A stretch of DNA of 64,000 nt, taken from assembly GCF_001194135.2 (NCBI RefSeq), contig NC_068985.1, positions 33,864,127 through 33,928,126 on the forward strand, written 5' to 3'. The stretch comes from Octopus bimaculoides. Lineage: Eukaryota. Position numbers and translations under genes: made by a program. Below are positions 37,701-50,545 of this stretch, one piece after another; position 1 is the first letter of the stretch; every line of letters starts with the position of its first letter. The notes beneath the pieces are model-generated. The model saw only the letters and a list, made by a program, of their open reading frames with translations, did no database searches and was not told where the DNA came from.

Positions 37701-38881
37701 CATCTCAGTTGTAGGAACATTATATATGAAGCTTACGAGTATATTAGATGAACATTACAGAAAAAAAAAATGTGGCTTAGGATAAATATCTTTGTTAAAT
37801 CTCTTATGTAACTTAGGTCCTAACTAGTGTTCAGAAAGTTGAATCCCTATATGTGATTCCTCCTACAAAAATTATGCCAATNNNNNNNNNNNNNNNNNNN
37901 NNNNNNNNNNNNNNNNNNNNNNNNNNNNNNNNNNNNNNNNNCCCCTCCAAATATAATGTCAATTTCTAAAGTTATTTTTCCTGATTCCCCAAATATTTAC
38001 AAAATGACCACAGGTTAACATGTATCCTGATGCAACATTTTGAAATTTGTTTTCTGTGATTTTTTTTATTAATCATTAAGCATAAATATGATTTTATTAC
38101 ATTGGGATAGTTAATGAGGTTAAATTTAACTTCTGTTGTCCCAGTGAAAATATTTCAGTTGTTAAAAAGCTTTTTCGAGTATTGTATTAAAAATAGATAT
38201 TGAGGCATGGCATGTCTTTCTTTGGAATAGGTGCTTTGCAGTAGATCTTGTGAAATCATTTCATATAACCTTCAGTATTATGTAACTTCTCAGATGTTGA
38301 AAAAAGATACTGAGGCAAGACATGATTTTCTTTGGAACAGGTGCTATGCAGATCTTGTGAAGTCATTTCATATACACTGCTTGATGCTAAGGCCTTAAAA
38401 ACTCTTGGTGCTCAAATACTACAGCCGAATTAAGATGCATCAATGTATTACAGAGCTAGATGTTAATGAACTCAGTAACACACTTGCTTTAAATAGGAAA
38501 GAAAAAATTTAATATTGGCTCTTTTGTCACATGGTAGACTTATAGCAAGGTGAGTTGATCACCATATATGAATGTAATTTCAAAGCATTTAATTCTTGGT
38601 TTCCTAGTGATGAAGTAATTAGTTTTATGGTTCACTATAATTTTAAATCTTCATTTAAGATAATTTTCATCCATATAAATTGCATATTAAATACTAATGA
38701 AACAATGCACTATATAAGAATATTTCTTGGTATCAATTTCCAGGTAATAGTCATTAATCTCAAATCACGTTTTTCATTCCCCCTCTGAAGCCATCTTTGC
38801 CAGGACCAGAATTGGAGTTTCTCTCAAGAAATAGGCTTTTTTTTTGCCCCAGGCCAGGAAAGAGATGTTCTCTGCAATAGT

Positions 38882-39097
38882 TTAACCCCCTACCATTCAG
38901 ATTACTCTATCATGTGCAATGTTTATTTATCTGCATTGTTTTGAATTTATTATACGTTATCTTGTAGCTTTGAGATTTTGATGATGTGATTGTTATTTTT
39001 AGAATGACATTGTGGTAGGTGTGAGAGGCCTGATCTGGTCAGTTTGAACAAAAGAGACTATTTAGGCCTGGTATGGCCAGTTTGAATACTAAAGGTT
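38882..39097. mobile_element. Short TTAA-flanked MITE (related copies at about 5155-5370 and 41035-41225)
   Basis: TTAACCC...AAAGGTTAA ends; shared internal TTGTTTTGAATT...TTTAGAA(T/C)GACATTGT...GGTAGGTGT. Confidence 0.55.
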
Positions 39098-40105
39098 AAA
39101 ATGCCCAAGACATGATGACATTGCTAAGTGAGAGCATATAACTATTTATAAATTTACAGGCCATTGTTGATATACTTTGTGCAGGTGTAATGCATTGACT
39201 CTTTCTAGCTTATGATTGTACCTTCAAGATGTCTACAGAGAACCTTTATGCAGTCTACCTCTGGCAAGTGGACTTCTGTTATTGACATGACGCTATTTTA
39301 TAGAAAATCAACGGGTTAAATTTTTTTTTTATGTTTCTATTCTAGTTAAAAATAACATTCACGAAAAGACTAGCTTACAAAATACCTGTCAACGTTTGTA
39401 GTTAATGATATTGAGAATGCAATAATTTTAAAAAATAATTCTCAAACTTAAATTTATTAAACCTGCGTAGAAACCAGTTGTTACAGATAGTTAATATGAA
39501 AAATATATTCCAAGTTACATACATATACAGAAATAAACCTGCATAACAAGCAAAAATAAATTTTTATATCACATGGGCCAAATCAGTGTAATAAATGAAG
39601 AAAAAAAAATTAATAAAAAGGGGTGCAAAGATACCTTATGGAAGGTTATTATACTGAAATATAAAAGGTGTTATACTTTTTACTATAAGAGAACAAATGA
39701 GATTGCTGTATTATCTATACATCAAATTAAGATACATCCACCTGGCACATAACATGAGTACCTAAGTTGCTGCTAACTCTGCAAAAAGTACCAGCCATGT
39801 GATGGCAATAAATTCATTTGAAGAGTACCCTGTGATTGCAGATGAAATGTTAGACTCAATGATTAACTCTGTTGACATGGAAGATGCACGCAAGAAAAGA
39901 ATTAACTTATGGACAACTAATGCTCATACAAGATGGAATATTAGCTAAATGCAAAAAGCAATGGTGGTGGTGTGAGCTAAGCACTTATAGTAACTCATAT
40001 GGGGGGGGGGGTTCATCTTCGGATTCAACTAGGTTAGCGGTTTCCAAGCTTTTCACTAACAAGGACTCCTCTTATTTAAACGAGTTTTTTCATGGATCCC
40101 TTTTG

Positions 40106-40136
<31 letters not shown>

Positions 40137-41602
40137 ATTTTTTATTTAGTTCATGGATCCCCAGTACTACCTTTGCAGACTACAGGTTGGGAACCACTGA
40201 ACTAGGCTAATGTTCTAGTGCTACCATGCCCTAACTTATTGTTCATCATTTAAACCTAAGTGTTGTGAACCTCATCAACCGAATGGATTGTGGAAACCAG
40301 TTGTACTTGCTCAGCAGCACATTACTGAAATGCTGTATGTGGAAGGTTAATTATGTCAATGGATATGCATTTCATATACTTTTTATCAGTTGCATTGAGG
40401 CTAAGCAACAACCAAAAACAAAATACCTTGCTGGTTTCAATCATTGTACTGTGGCTATCCTGGGACACTGCCTACAAGGGTTTGGTCAATCACCTCAAAC
40501 TTATTTCATTCTTGCAACCTATTTTCTTGTTCTCTATTTGTGAAATTGCTACATGTGCACACATATTTACAATGAACTTTAACTGAGTATGTGTCTAAAT
40601 TATTCTCACAAAGTATTGTTGATTCTTAGGATATGGAAGATACTTTCCTGAAGTACAACACTGGTATTGAGCATGAACCTGAGTCTTTTACAGAGACCAT
40701 AACTACATAGCATTTCCTATTTAGAAACTGAGTTCTAATATCACCAGAGCTGACTTTGCTGTTCAGTGTCATCGCAGCTTCAATAATATCAGTATTAGTT
40801 ATGCACTCAGTTGATATAGGTGATCTCTCCTGCACCCTCCGAAGTGAGTGTGTCCCAGTGCCTGTATTATAAGTTCCTATTTGCACCATGAGAACTGACG
40901 AGTGGCTTGCTGGATTTAATTTTTTAAATGTTTTAGAGTAAATTCTTGAGTTGCTTGAACACAAAAGAAAATATTGTGATTGAACATGTGTGGTTGGTTG
41001 CCAGTTACTAGGAATTGTTGAAATGAATGTTACTAAATTAACATTAAGATTATCAGAAAGCCTATTTATTCACATTGTTTTGAATTAGTCATGCGTTATC
41101 TTGTAACTTCAAGATTTCAAAGATGTCATTGTTTGTTTTTAGAGTGACATTGTAGGATAGGTGTGAGAAGCCAGATCAGTTTGAGCAAAATGGAGTATTA
41201 TGTCTGGCTTAGATGCTAAAGAGTGAAAGAAGTTACTCAATTAGAGCTGTTGTCATTGGTGAATGAAAATAGTCACGATTTTAGACTAGGAAAAATCTAA
41301 CGTTTTATTTACCATCAAGTAATTAGTGTAATATTTATAAGTTGCTCATTAACCAAACAACACTATATTATAGCATTACACATGTGGAAAAAAAAATTGC
41401 GTTTTATTTTAATATTTTGAATATAGCAATGAAACCAGATATAGTCATGGAAGTTTTGCTGGATTTGTTAGTTTTACAGCATTTCATATGTTGAAAGCAC
41501 CTGTGCTTGTCCAATCACTTGAAGTTAAGCAATGTCAAACCAAATTAGTCCTTGGACAGGTGAACCTAGGTGCTGTAAGCAAAACTTTTAGTTAGACATA
41601 GT

Positions 41603-41915
41603 CATGGCTGTGTGGTTTGAAGTTTGTTTCCCAACCACATGGTCCCGGATTCAATTCCACTGCACGGCACCTTGGGCAAGTATCTTTATTATAGCTTTGC
41701 ACTGACCAAAGCCTTTCGAGTGGATTTGGTAAATGGAAACTGAAAGAAGCCCACCATATATGTGAGTGTTTGTTCCACCACTTAACAGCCAGTGTTGGTG
41801 TGTTTATGTCCCCATAGCTTAGTAGTTCAGCAAGAGTGATAGAATAATTACCAATCTCAAAAGAAATGTGTTATTTGTTTGACTACAATCCTTCAAGGCA
41901 GTGCCCTAGTATGGT
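41603..41915 (+). mobile_element. SINE family 1 copy (older)
   Basis: Head GGCTGTGTGG, body GGCACCTTGGGCAAGT...GGATTTGGTAAATGGAAACTG. Confidence 0.75.
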
Positions 41916-41925
41916 TGCTGTCTAA

Positions 41926-42832
41926 TCATCGTTTAACGTCCGCTTTCCATGCTAGCATGGATTGGACGATTTGACTGAGGACTGGTGAAACCGGATGGCA
42001 ACACCAGGCTCCAATCTAATTTGGCAGAGTTTCTACAGCTGGATGCCCTTCCTAACGCCAACCACTCAGAGAGTGTAGTGGGTGCTTTTACGTGTCACCC
42101 GCACAAAAACGGCCACGCTCGAAATGGTGTCTTTCATGTGCCACCTGCACAAGAGCCAGTCCAGGGGCACTGCCAACGATCTCACTTGGCTTGCCGGGTC
42201 TTCTCACGCACAGCACATTTCCAAAGGTCTCGGTCAGTAGTCATCGCCTCGGTGAGGCCCAATGTATTAAGGTCTTGCCTCACNNNNNNNNNNNNNNNNN
42301 NNNNNNNNNNNNNNNNNNNNNNNNNNNNNNNNNNNNNNNNNNNNNNNNNNNNNNNNNNNNNNNNNNNNNNNNNNNNNNNNNNNNNNNNNNNNNNNNNNNN
42401 NNNNNNNNNNNNNNNNNNNNNNNNNNNNNNNNNNNNNNNNNNNNNNNNNNNNNNNNNNNNNNNNNNNNNNNNNNNNNNNNNNTTCACGCAGCTATCCTCA
42501 TCCATTCTCACCACATGTCCAAACCAGCGCAATCGTCTCTCTTGCACACCGCAACTGATGCTTCTTATGTTCAGCTTTTCTCTCAAGATACTTACACTCT
42601 GACGGGTATGTACATTGACATTACACATCCAGCGGAGCATACTGGCTTCATTCCTTGCGAGCTTACGCATGTCCTCAGCAGTCACAGCCCATGTTTCACT
42701 GCCATGTAGCATGGCTGTTCATACACATGTGTCATACAGTCTGCCTTTTACTCTGAGTGAGAGTCCCTTTGTCGCCAGCAGAGGTAAGAGCTCTCTAAAC
42801 TTTGCCCAGGCTATTCTTATTCTAGCAGCTGA
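41926..42832 (-). mobile_element. 5'-truncated RTE-clade LINE (spans a gap)
   Basis: ORF 42182-42712 MLHGSETW...LRWFGHVVRM; same 3' tail as the 32.2-kb copy. Confidence 0.85.
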
Positions 42833-43531
42833 CTGAAATAGATAAAAGGTAAAAGACATATAATGTATCGACCAGGCTATTATACACCGCTGGCCACAAT
42901 GCGCTTCCTTGCATTGTTAAAGCTATTGAATGATGACACCCCACTGGGCAGGTCATTTGCACAACTCAGATTCATCATCTTCATCGTTTAACGTCCGCTT
43001 TCCAGTATATATTGTGTTAACCACAGTCAAGTTAGTTCTGTGGACAATACTGCTCACTGCAACATACAATGATGAATCATACTGGGGCACAATGAGACCA
43101 CGAAAATATTGCACTCTTTCTATAGTTCAGTCTTTCTATACTTTCTGGTGGTGGATTTGGTCAGAGCACGACAATTAGTGTCCCTCTACACTTAATGTTT
43201 GTCCTCTGCATCCAAACTATTTAGGGGCTCATAACGTTGTGTGATGTTTAGTTCCAGCTCATTTTTTGTGGAGTAGATGTATATTGAAAAGCATTCCAGC
43301 CACAACAATTCAGTCTTGTGTGCAGGAAGCTCAGAATCACATTCGTTGTTTGACATTTAGAATGTTATTTCTCTGCTAGCAGGTCGAACAATCATGTAGA
43401 GGCTTCCTTGGTTTGATGCTGCATTAATACAGCAGGAGTTTGAAGGTGGCCTTTCATGTAGTAAAGGTTTGACCAGGTCGAAGTTTACTGCAACAACAAA
43501 CTGTACCCCAAGCATGCCCAGGTGTATTTTT

Positions 43532-43965
43532 GTGGAAATCTGGTGTAAGCATCCCATATAACCCCTCATAATTTTTGTATTTTTAGAAAACTACACATGG
43601 GAATTCATATGATTATGCAAAAAAAAAAAAAATGTATGATTTAAGGGCGATTTGGCTGTGTTTTTTAGTGCATTTCACAACCACCTGATACCTTCGTCGT
43701 TTCTTTATCACTCTCACATGTATTGATGTTTTTCAATATTTTTCTCCACATACACATTTAATGATATTTTTAAAAAATTCGAAAAAGAATGGAAGTTTTA
43801 GGATTTATGAGGGGGAAGGGGTTAAATATTTTCTTTATTAAACATTGTTTTTCATAATTGTATGAATTCCCATGTGTAGAACAAATTCGCAAAAGATTTC
43901 CTGAAAATTTCAAAAAATAAAAAAGTTACGAGGAGTTATATGGGGTGCTTAAACCAGAATTCCGC
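43532..43965. mobile_element. Palindromic MITE-like element upstream of the THAP gene
   Basis: Outer arms match at 34/40 nt; inner perfect 19-bp inverted repeat 43591-43609 / 43861-43879. Confidence 0.6.
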
Positions 43966-44504
43966 ATTTTAGAGGGGTCGGGGAGTCCCCGTTTTTATTA
44001 CTTAGTGTTGGTAATCTGTGGAATGTTATTTGGTGTTTATTGTAGGCAGATTGGAGCTCCAAGCAAAACTAGCATAGTCCTTTATAGATCCAACGTATCT
44101 TTTGTATACTTTGTTGTTTCTTTCTGCCTGGCAAATGTAATACCTACTGATTGTATGTATATCAGTTTTCTTCCTTTTACTTCATATTGTATGTGTGTTG
44201 AGAATTTTGTGAATGTGTTAGCATTTTGTCTTCGGTGAATGGTTTGTTTATGTTGTTGACTGTGATGGTCGGTTAAGGAGTCAAGTGGTAACTTGTTGAT
44301 CTAAGTTTTGGTTAATTTTAATTTCAGTTCAACTTACGTTTATTGTTTTTATTATTATATATCTCTTAATTCAATAAAAAAATTTTCGGAATTTTCTTTT
44401 GCAAGAAGATGCATAAAAATATTATAATAATAGCAGTTTAAAAATATTGATATATTACTGTATGAAAAAAAATGACATGCGGATAAAAAATTGGAGCGAT
44501 ACTT

Positions 44505-44535
44505 TTTAGGAAGTTGCCGGTATTTCCGGGTCCAT
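44505..44535 (+). promoter_or_regulatory. Putative THAP-gene promoter with ETS-like sites (GGAAGT, CCGG, ATTTCCGGG)
   Basis: CpG-retaining patch 50-75 nt upstream of the ATG. Confidence 0.4.
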
Positions 44536-44582
44536 TTATACAGTTTATTAAAATCGAGATTTTGAAACCAAAATAGAGCAAC

Positions 44583-44695
44583 ATGCCTCAATGTTGCGTT
44601 CCACAATGTAACAACAGGAGTGAAAACTGTGATTTATCTTTCTATCGATTCCCGACAGCAGAAATGGACAAAAACAAATGGTTAAAAGCTATCAA
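44583..44695 (+). CDS. THAP protein exon 1
   Basis: ATG followed by CCVPQC...SFYRFP...KWLKAI; GTAAGT donor. Too short for the ORF track. Confidence 0.88.
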
Positions 44696-47600
44696 GTAAG
44701 TGTCAAATTCCGTCAACTTCCAACGCCCACAGTCGAACGCTTGGGTCCATCCATTAATCGGTAGAAAACAGTAGTAGATACTGAAACATATGTAAATATT
44801 GCGCTAATTGACATGTTTAGAAGTGCATAACGCATCTGATGCGTCTTGGATTAACTGTTTTTATTATAACGGGACTGTGTTTCCGAATGAGGTTGTTGAA
44901 TCTGAAGATAACTGATTCCATTATAGACCTGATAAAAATTGAAAGCATAATTAATTTTGGAACATCCTGATGTACTGATTTGGTAAATGTACGAACGAGT
45001 CAATACTTCCAAGCTACTTTTTCTCAATTTTAAGCTCTAGTGTGTAATGGATGGTTTCATTTCTTTTCTTTTTCTCTGTCTTTCAATACTGTCAGTGGTA
45101 GCATGTTATGCGATTGGAAATTATTTCTGTTTACATTTTCACCGTGCAGTCGACAACTTAAATTTCTTTCAAATGGCGTTGTCTCGATGTTTGTATTGAA
45201 CGTTTTCAACGTCCAAGATGTTAGTAGCTTTTAGCGTTTTTCAAATTTCCTTTTTTATTTTAAATTCTAATCTTTATTTTCATATCTGGGAGGAATTAAT
45301 ATTTCTTTCTCAAGCAAGATGGCGCCTATTCGATTGGAAATATCCTACCTTAAAATCTTGACAATTTTATAGTTAAAAACTTTATAAAGTAATATTAGAC
45401 ATGTTTCTGGATAAAATAGTATCATATCTTTACCCACTGCTTACTTAGAACTGATTAGGCAAACCCTAATTTGCTAACATTTCATTTACTCTTACTTTCA
45501 TTTTATTTTAGCAGCTTCATATATATTAATTGGAATTTATATATATATATTACATTACCCAACGACAAATTCAATTAGTAAATTATTCAATACTTTATTA
45601 TTTTATCGTCTGCCTTCACGTTTTGAGTTCAAATTCCGCCGGGGTCGACTTTTCCCTTTCATCCTTTCGAGGTCGATAAAATAAGCACCAGTTGAATACT
45701 AGGATTGATGTAATCTTACCCACTCCCCAAATTTGCTGGCCTTGTGTCAAAATTTGAAATCAGTATTTTTATTACATAATATTGACATCTTTTAACTAAA
45801 CACAAGGCCGAGTTTTTGTAAAGATTAGAGAATAATAATTACACAAATCCCAGCATATTGCTGGTATCCTCTTTATCGATCTGGTGGGAATGAAAGTCAG
45901 AGTACAATAGGATGAAAATAACGCTTTTTCGGTTCTGCATTCTCCCATCACTGTTTAGATATATAGAATTGCAAAAATTCTTTTCATTTTTGACAAATAC
46001 ACACACACACACTCACGTATTAACTAAACAGGCGCCCATACACACACGTCTTTAAAGCTGAATGGTGGTATTTACTCTCACTTGTTGAATTTATGGTTAA
46101 TTTCTACGTTTGTTCATTTAATCAGAGAAAATGAGGGGCCTATTTCGCTTATCTTAATTCATTGGAAAACCGGACTCGTCTCTGAGTGCAAGGATAATTG
46201 TGAATCCGATCTCCACGCAGATATTCATGTTAGTCCGTCAGTACTTAAGGTTAACAGTTAACAGCAACAGACCATAGCATTTCCGAATTTTCTTCATGAC
46301 ATTCCAGATATCCTCATATAATCCACAATAAACGATTGGAGATCTTACAAGAGTGCTCACTGAATTTACTTACATGCGATAAAGTAAGCTGGACGAAAGA
46401 GATACATTTTATTGTTACGTAACATTTTCTTATAAATTTTAGTTGCACACAATAATATTTATTCCTGTCCTAGCCTTTGAGTATGAAAAGTTTAACCAAT
46501 ATTCTATTTCCTCGAACTACACATTAAATATCAAAGAACTCTCAGTGGCTTGCAAACTACACTTGACATAGAGCCTCAAAATGAGATTATTTTTAATTAA
46601 TAATGAATATTCTTTGTGCCATAATTTTGTCCATTTAAAAGCACATAGATTCACTTTTAAACTAATATTTTTCTATTATTCTGTACATTAACAACTTGCT
46701 TATTGTAATCTCTAACAATTCCTAAATAACTACTCTTCTTTAATGCTTTTTAATCTTTTTCACTTATTCACACCAAGCTTGTATTGCTTCCAGTATTTTC
46801 CAATAAAGATGTAAAAAAGGATCATGTCTCTTTCTATTGAAAGACAGACAAAATCATCGTTTATATCAAAAAGCAATATTCTTCACCCTCGTTGCTCTTG
46901 GACGAAACAAAACCCATAATTTCTTGGCCTTACCATCTCTGCTGGATATTCCTGGCAATCCAACATACAAACCTGTAAAAATTCCAGATACTAACCTTTC
47001 TCTTCAAAATGAGAAAATATTTCAGCTCTAATCAGTTGCTGACTCTCAACAAGGTTCAAGTGAGGCCCATGATGAGATGGTATTTCTCCTACTCATATAA
47101 ACATTCGAGAACACATTCAAAATAAGACCTGATTGACAAATATTTGCTCAAAAATGCACTTCAACCTCTGGCACATAGACATACTGTCTCCTTTCTTTTG
47201 CTTAACTAATTAGTTACATACCATCTCCATTCATCTTTCCTCCATAATCACCCCTATTATGTCTATTTAAGACCTGCACTAATGATGACTGGTTAAACCT
47301 TCCAACTCAGAGTGTCAACCATCTGGAATTTTCCCCCTGCTAAGTGTAGGAAGAATTTTGATGGTCATCTATGTAGCTCCTTCCAACTAACCAAACCATA
47401 TTTATTAAAATAAGCTAGTGTCAAACTCTTTCATCATACATGTACCATCTAGTTACAAATACTCTATTTCACAGAGTATTAGTGGCTATATTGTAAATGT
47501 ACAATGAAAGATTTTGATACTTAATTACTGTATAATAATGTAAAAATATAATTTAAAATAATGAATATAAGAATCCATGTGTTTTAAATGACTAAATTAA

Positions 47601-49282
47601 CTAAAACAATGCAATTTCCTTAGTTTCAACAGATATTCATTGATAAAATCTCTTGCCAAATATGCAAAATAATAAATTCCCTTAAGTTTGCTTGAAACTG
47701 AAGAAACCATATTTTTGCAATAATCATGTTGAACAAATATCTATTCATCTAATGAATGTCTTTATATGTGTCCTTATTAATACATATGTGAACATTTACT
47801 GAAATATAGTAATGCATTGATTAATTATAGAAAGTAAGAAAAAAAAAAGAAAGAAATGAGTTGGAAGATAGTATGCAAGCAGTTTCCATTTTCAGTAATT
47901 GAAACATAACGAAACTTTGAGATCTTGCAAAGTGGGAAGCATGAAGCTAGTTGTAAGCAATTAGTTTCTATTTACAGTAATTAAACTATAATGAAGCTTT
48001 ATACTTAAAAAGTAGAAAACATGAAAGCTGGTTAATTTGTTTACTTTACATAATTGAGTTCTGTAGTTCATGGTATTTAGCTCAAAGCCTGCTTGGTTAA
48101 ATATTCAAAAAATGTTTCTTTTAAATGTACATTGATAACATACAGTAAATGTGAACCAAACATTCATCACAACTAGTTCCAATTTTCTAAAAAATTGTGC
48201 TTTCAAAATAATGTAAAAATATAAATTTTTTTTAATAAGCCAAAGTATACTTAAGGGTTTATGCTCAGCTCTTGTTTCATGGTGTTGACTAAATAGGTGA
48301 TAACTGTTCACTGGATGTTGTTGGCACTCCGTCGCTTACGACATCGAGGGTTCCAGTTGATCCGATCAACGGAACAGCCTGCTCGAGGATATTCAGCGTG
48401 ACACAGTGTGACAAGGTTGACCCTTTGAATTACAGGCACAACAGAAACAGGAAGTAAGACTGAGAGAAAGTTGTGGTGAAAGAGTACAGCAGGGTTCACC
48501 ACCATCCCCTGCCGGAGCCTCGTGGAGCTTTTGGGTGTTTTCGCTCAATAAACACTCACAACGCCCGGTATGGGAATCGAAACCATGATCCTATGACCGC
48601 GAGTCCGCTGCCCTAACCACTGAGCCATTGCGCCTCCACGTTCATTGGATAGAGACTCAATTGCTAAGTGAAGTGAAACATTTGGAATTAAATGCATTGC
48701 TTAATTCTGTTTAGTCTCTTCAACTGATCTGTATGTAACATACATATAAACCTATTTTATTTGCATTTGTGGAACTAAGTGTTTGAAATAAATCTCTATG
48801 CATCTTGTTTAATGGATTTTTTTTTTCAAAATATATTGCCATTTTTATATTACTTAGTAAAATATAAAAAAAAAATTAAATGCTTTATTTTATTTGGATA
48901 TTTCAGACGACAAAACTTTATTCCAACCACAAATAGTCGTGTTTGTAGTTGGCATTTTCCTGTTGGTAAGAATGCAGGACCTTTGAGATTTGCCTGGAAC
49001 ATAAACAACTTCCTAGAATCTCCAAGTCCAGAGAAACGTCGACGTAAACCAAATAGTAGTAACAAGAACCACAGACACTTTGACCACAGCAAACGTAAGA
49101 AGCACCAAGAAGAGAAGACATCACCCCATGTGAACCCATTAGTTGTTCTGGCCCAAGTTGCTTTGCAAGATGCAAATTCAGACGCTGTTCTTTCATCATT
49201 TGATACAAACCTCTCTATATCAAGTAACAACAAACAAGATGATGCATTAGATAACCCTAATCCAGAACACTTAGATAGTTAA
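44583..49282 (+). CDS. THAP zinc-finger domain protein (2 coding exons: 44583-44695 and 48907-49282; about 162 aa)
   Basis: Spliced product MPQCCVPQCNNRSENCDLSFYRFPTAEMDKNKWLKAIK|RQNFIPTTNSRVCSWHFP has the N-terminal C2CH THAP signature with conserved FP, W and HF. GTAAGT donor at 44696 and TTTCAG acceptor at 48906 join in frame. A basic KRRRK/KRKK region follows. Confidence 0.88.
48309..48639 (-). mobile_element. tRNA-derived SINE, family 2, in the THAP intron (related heads at about 60060-60400, 51640-51800 and 26560-26720)
   Basis: Minus-strand head GTGGAGGCGCAATGGCTCAGTGGTTAGGGCAGCGGACTCGCGGTC...GGTTTCGATTCCC with A and B boxes. Confidence 0.75.
48907..49282 (+). CDS. THAP protein exon 2
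   Basis: Part of ORF 48779-49282; VCSWHF completes the zinc finger. Confidence 0.85.
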
Positions 49283-49512
49283 TCCAATTTCTAAATAGGA
49301 AATATTAAAATATTAAATGATTAAAAAACAAAACAAAAATAAAAAACACTTTTATCAACAATAATTTTCAATTATTGTAACTAGATTCCACATACATTTC
49401 CAGAAAGCTTTAATTTAGTGGGATTTAAAACATAAAGGACAAAAATTTTAATTTCATATATTTCTTTTTTTTTAATTATATTCCTGGCTGGTTATTTTAC
49501 TGCTTCTTTGTA

Positions 49513-49546
<34 letters not shown>

Positions 49547-50159
49547 TAAAATACATTTTGAAAATATATAGAGACTAACAATTCACATGCACAATCATCA
49601 TCATGATTTTGGCATCTTTTTTTTTTAATTGCTAATATACAACAGATAAACTTGCAATACAGCATATTTTCATTTATTTCAGTGTTATGTTACTTGATTT
49701 TTAAATCTGAACTCATCACTTTCTGGTAGACTATCTCAGGGCTGATTTTGCTACAAACATTTCAGCCATTAACTTATAGCACATCACCAGTTTGGTAGTA
49801 TTTTCTACTTGCCACTTATCTACAAATTAGTTACTCATAACCTCCTTGAGAGAAAGTACAAAAGGGCTAATGATAGTAACTTATAACCATAAGACAGTAG
49901 AATGTAATTTCAGTTAGATTTGGCTGCTTCTTCTGAGTAACATAAAACCCTCACTCTTTTGTTCAACTTGCTAGAAGTAGCGCCCAAATCTTTAAATTAC
50001 TCCCTATTGTATTAAAAAAGAAGATAAAAAAGGGGGAAAATGTGGGATGATAAGACTAAAATGCCTTTGATTATAGATTTATTTGATCAGAGTTAACATG
50101 GAGTTAAAGGGAAACACTAAATGTTGACTAGCAAGCTAACGATGCAGTCTGATCTTCAG

Positions 50160-50545
50160 TAGTTTATCTTTTACTTGTTTCAGTCATTAGACAGTGGCCA
50201 TGCTGGGGCACCACCTTGAAGAATTTTTAGTTGAATGAATTGGCCCCAGTACTCATTTTTCTTAAGCCTGGTACTTATTGTAGTGGTCTCTTTTTGCTGA
50301 ATCACTAAGTCACAGGGATGTTAACATACCAACACCAGTTGTCAAGTGGTGATGGGGCCAAATACAGACACAAAGGTACACACATACACATGACGGGCTT
50401 CTTTCACTTTCTGTCTACCAAATTTTCTCATAGGGCTTTTGTTAGCCCCAGGCTATAGTAGGAGGTACTTGCCCAATGTCTGCTACAATGGGACTGAACC
50501 TGGAACGATATGATTGGAAAGCAAGCTTCTTAGTACACAGCAACG
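50160..50545 (-). mobile_element. SINE family 1 copy
   Basis: Reverse complement of head, body and tail motifs. Confidence 0.8.

Noticed and set aside
43357-43569. Minus-strand 70-aa ORF as an exon of a divergent gene
   Set aside because: Its start lies inside the arm of the palindromic element; no convincing splice sites or homology.
47069-47132. Possible box C/D snoRNA (ATGATGA ... CTGA) in the THAP intron; DDX21 introns were also scanned
   Set aside because: No terminal stem and no recognisable rRNA-complementary guide. Similar box C matches in DDX21 introns lack a suitably placed box D.
48560-48639. tRNA-like heads (also 13550-13620 and the SINE family 1 heads) as true tRNA genes
   Set aside because: The cloverleaves are imperfect and continue directly into repeated SINE bodies.
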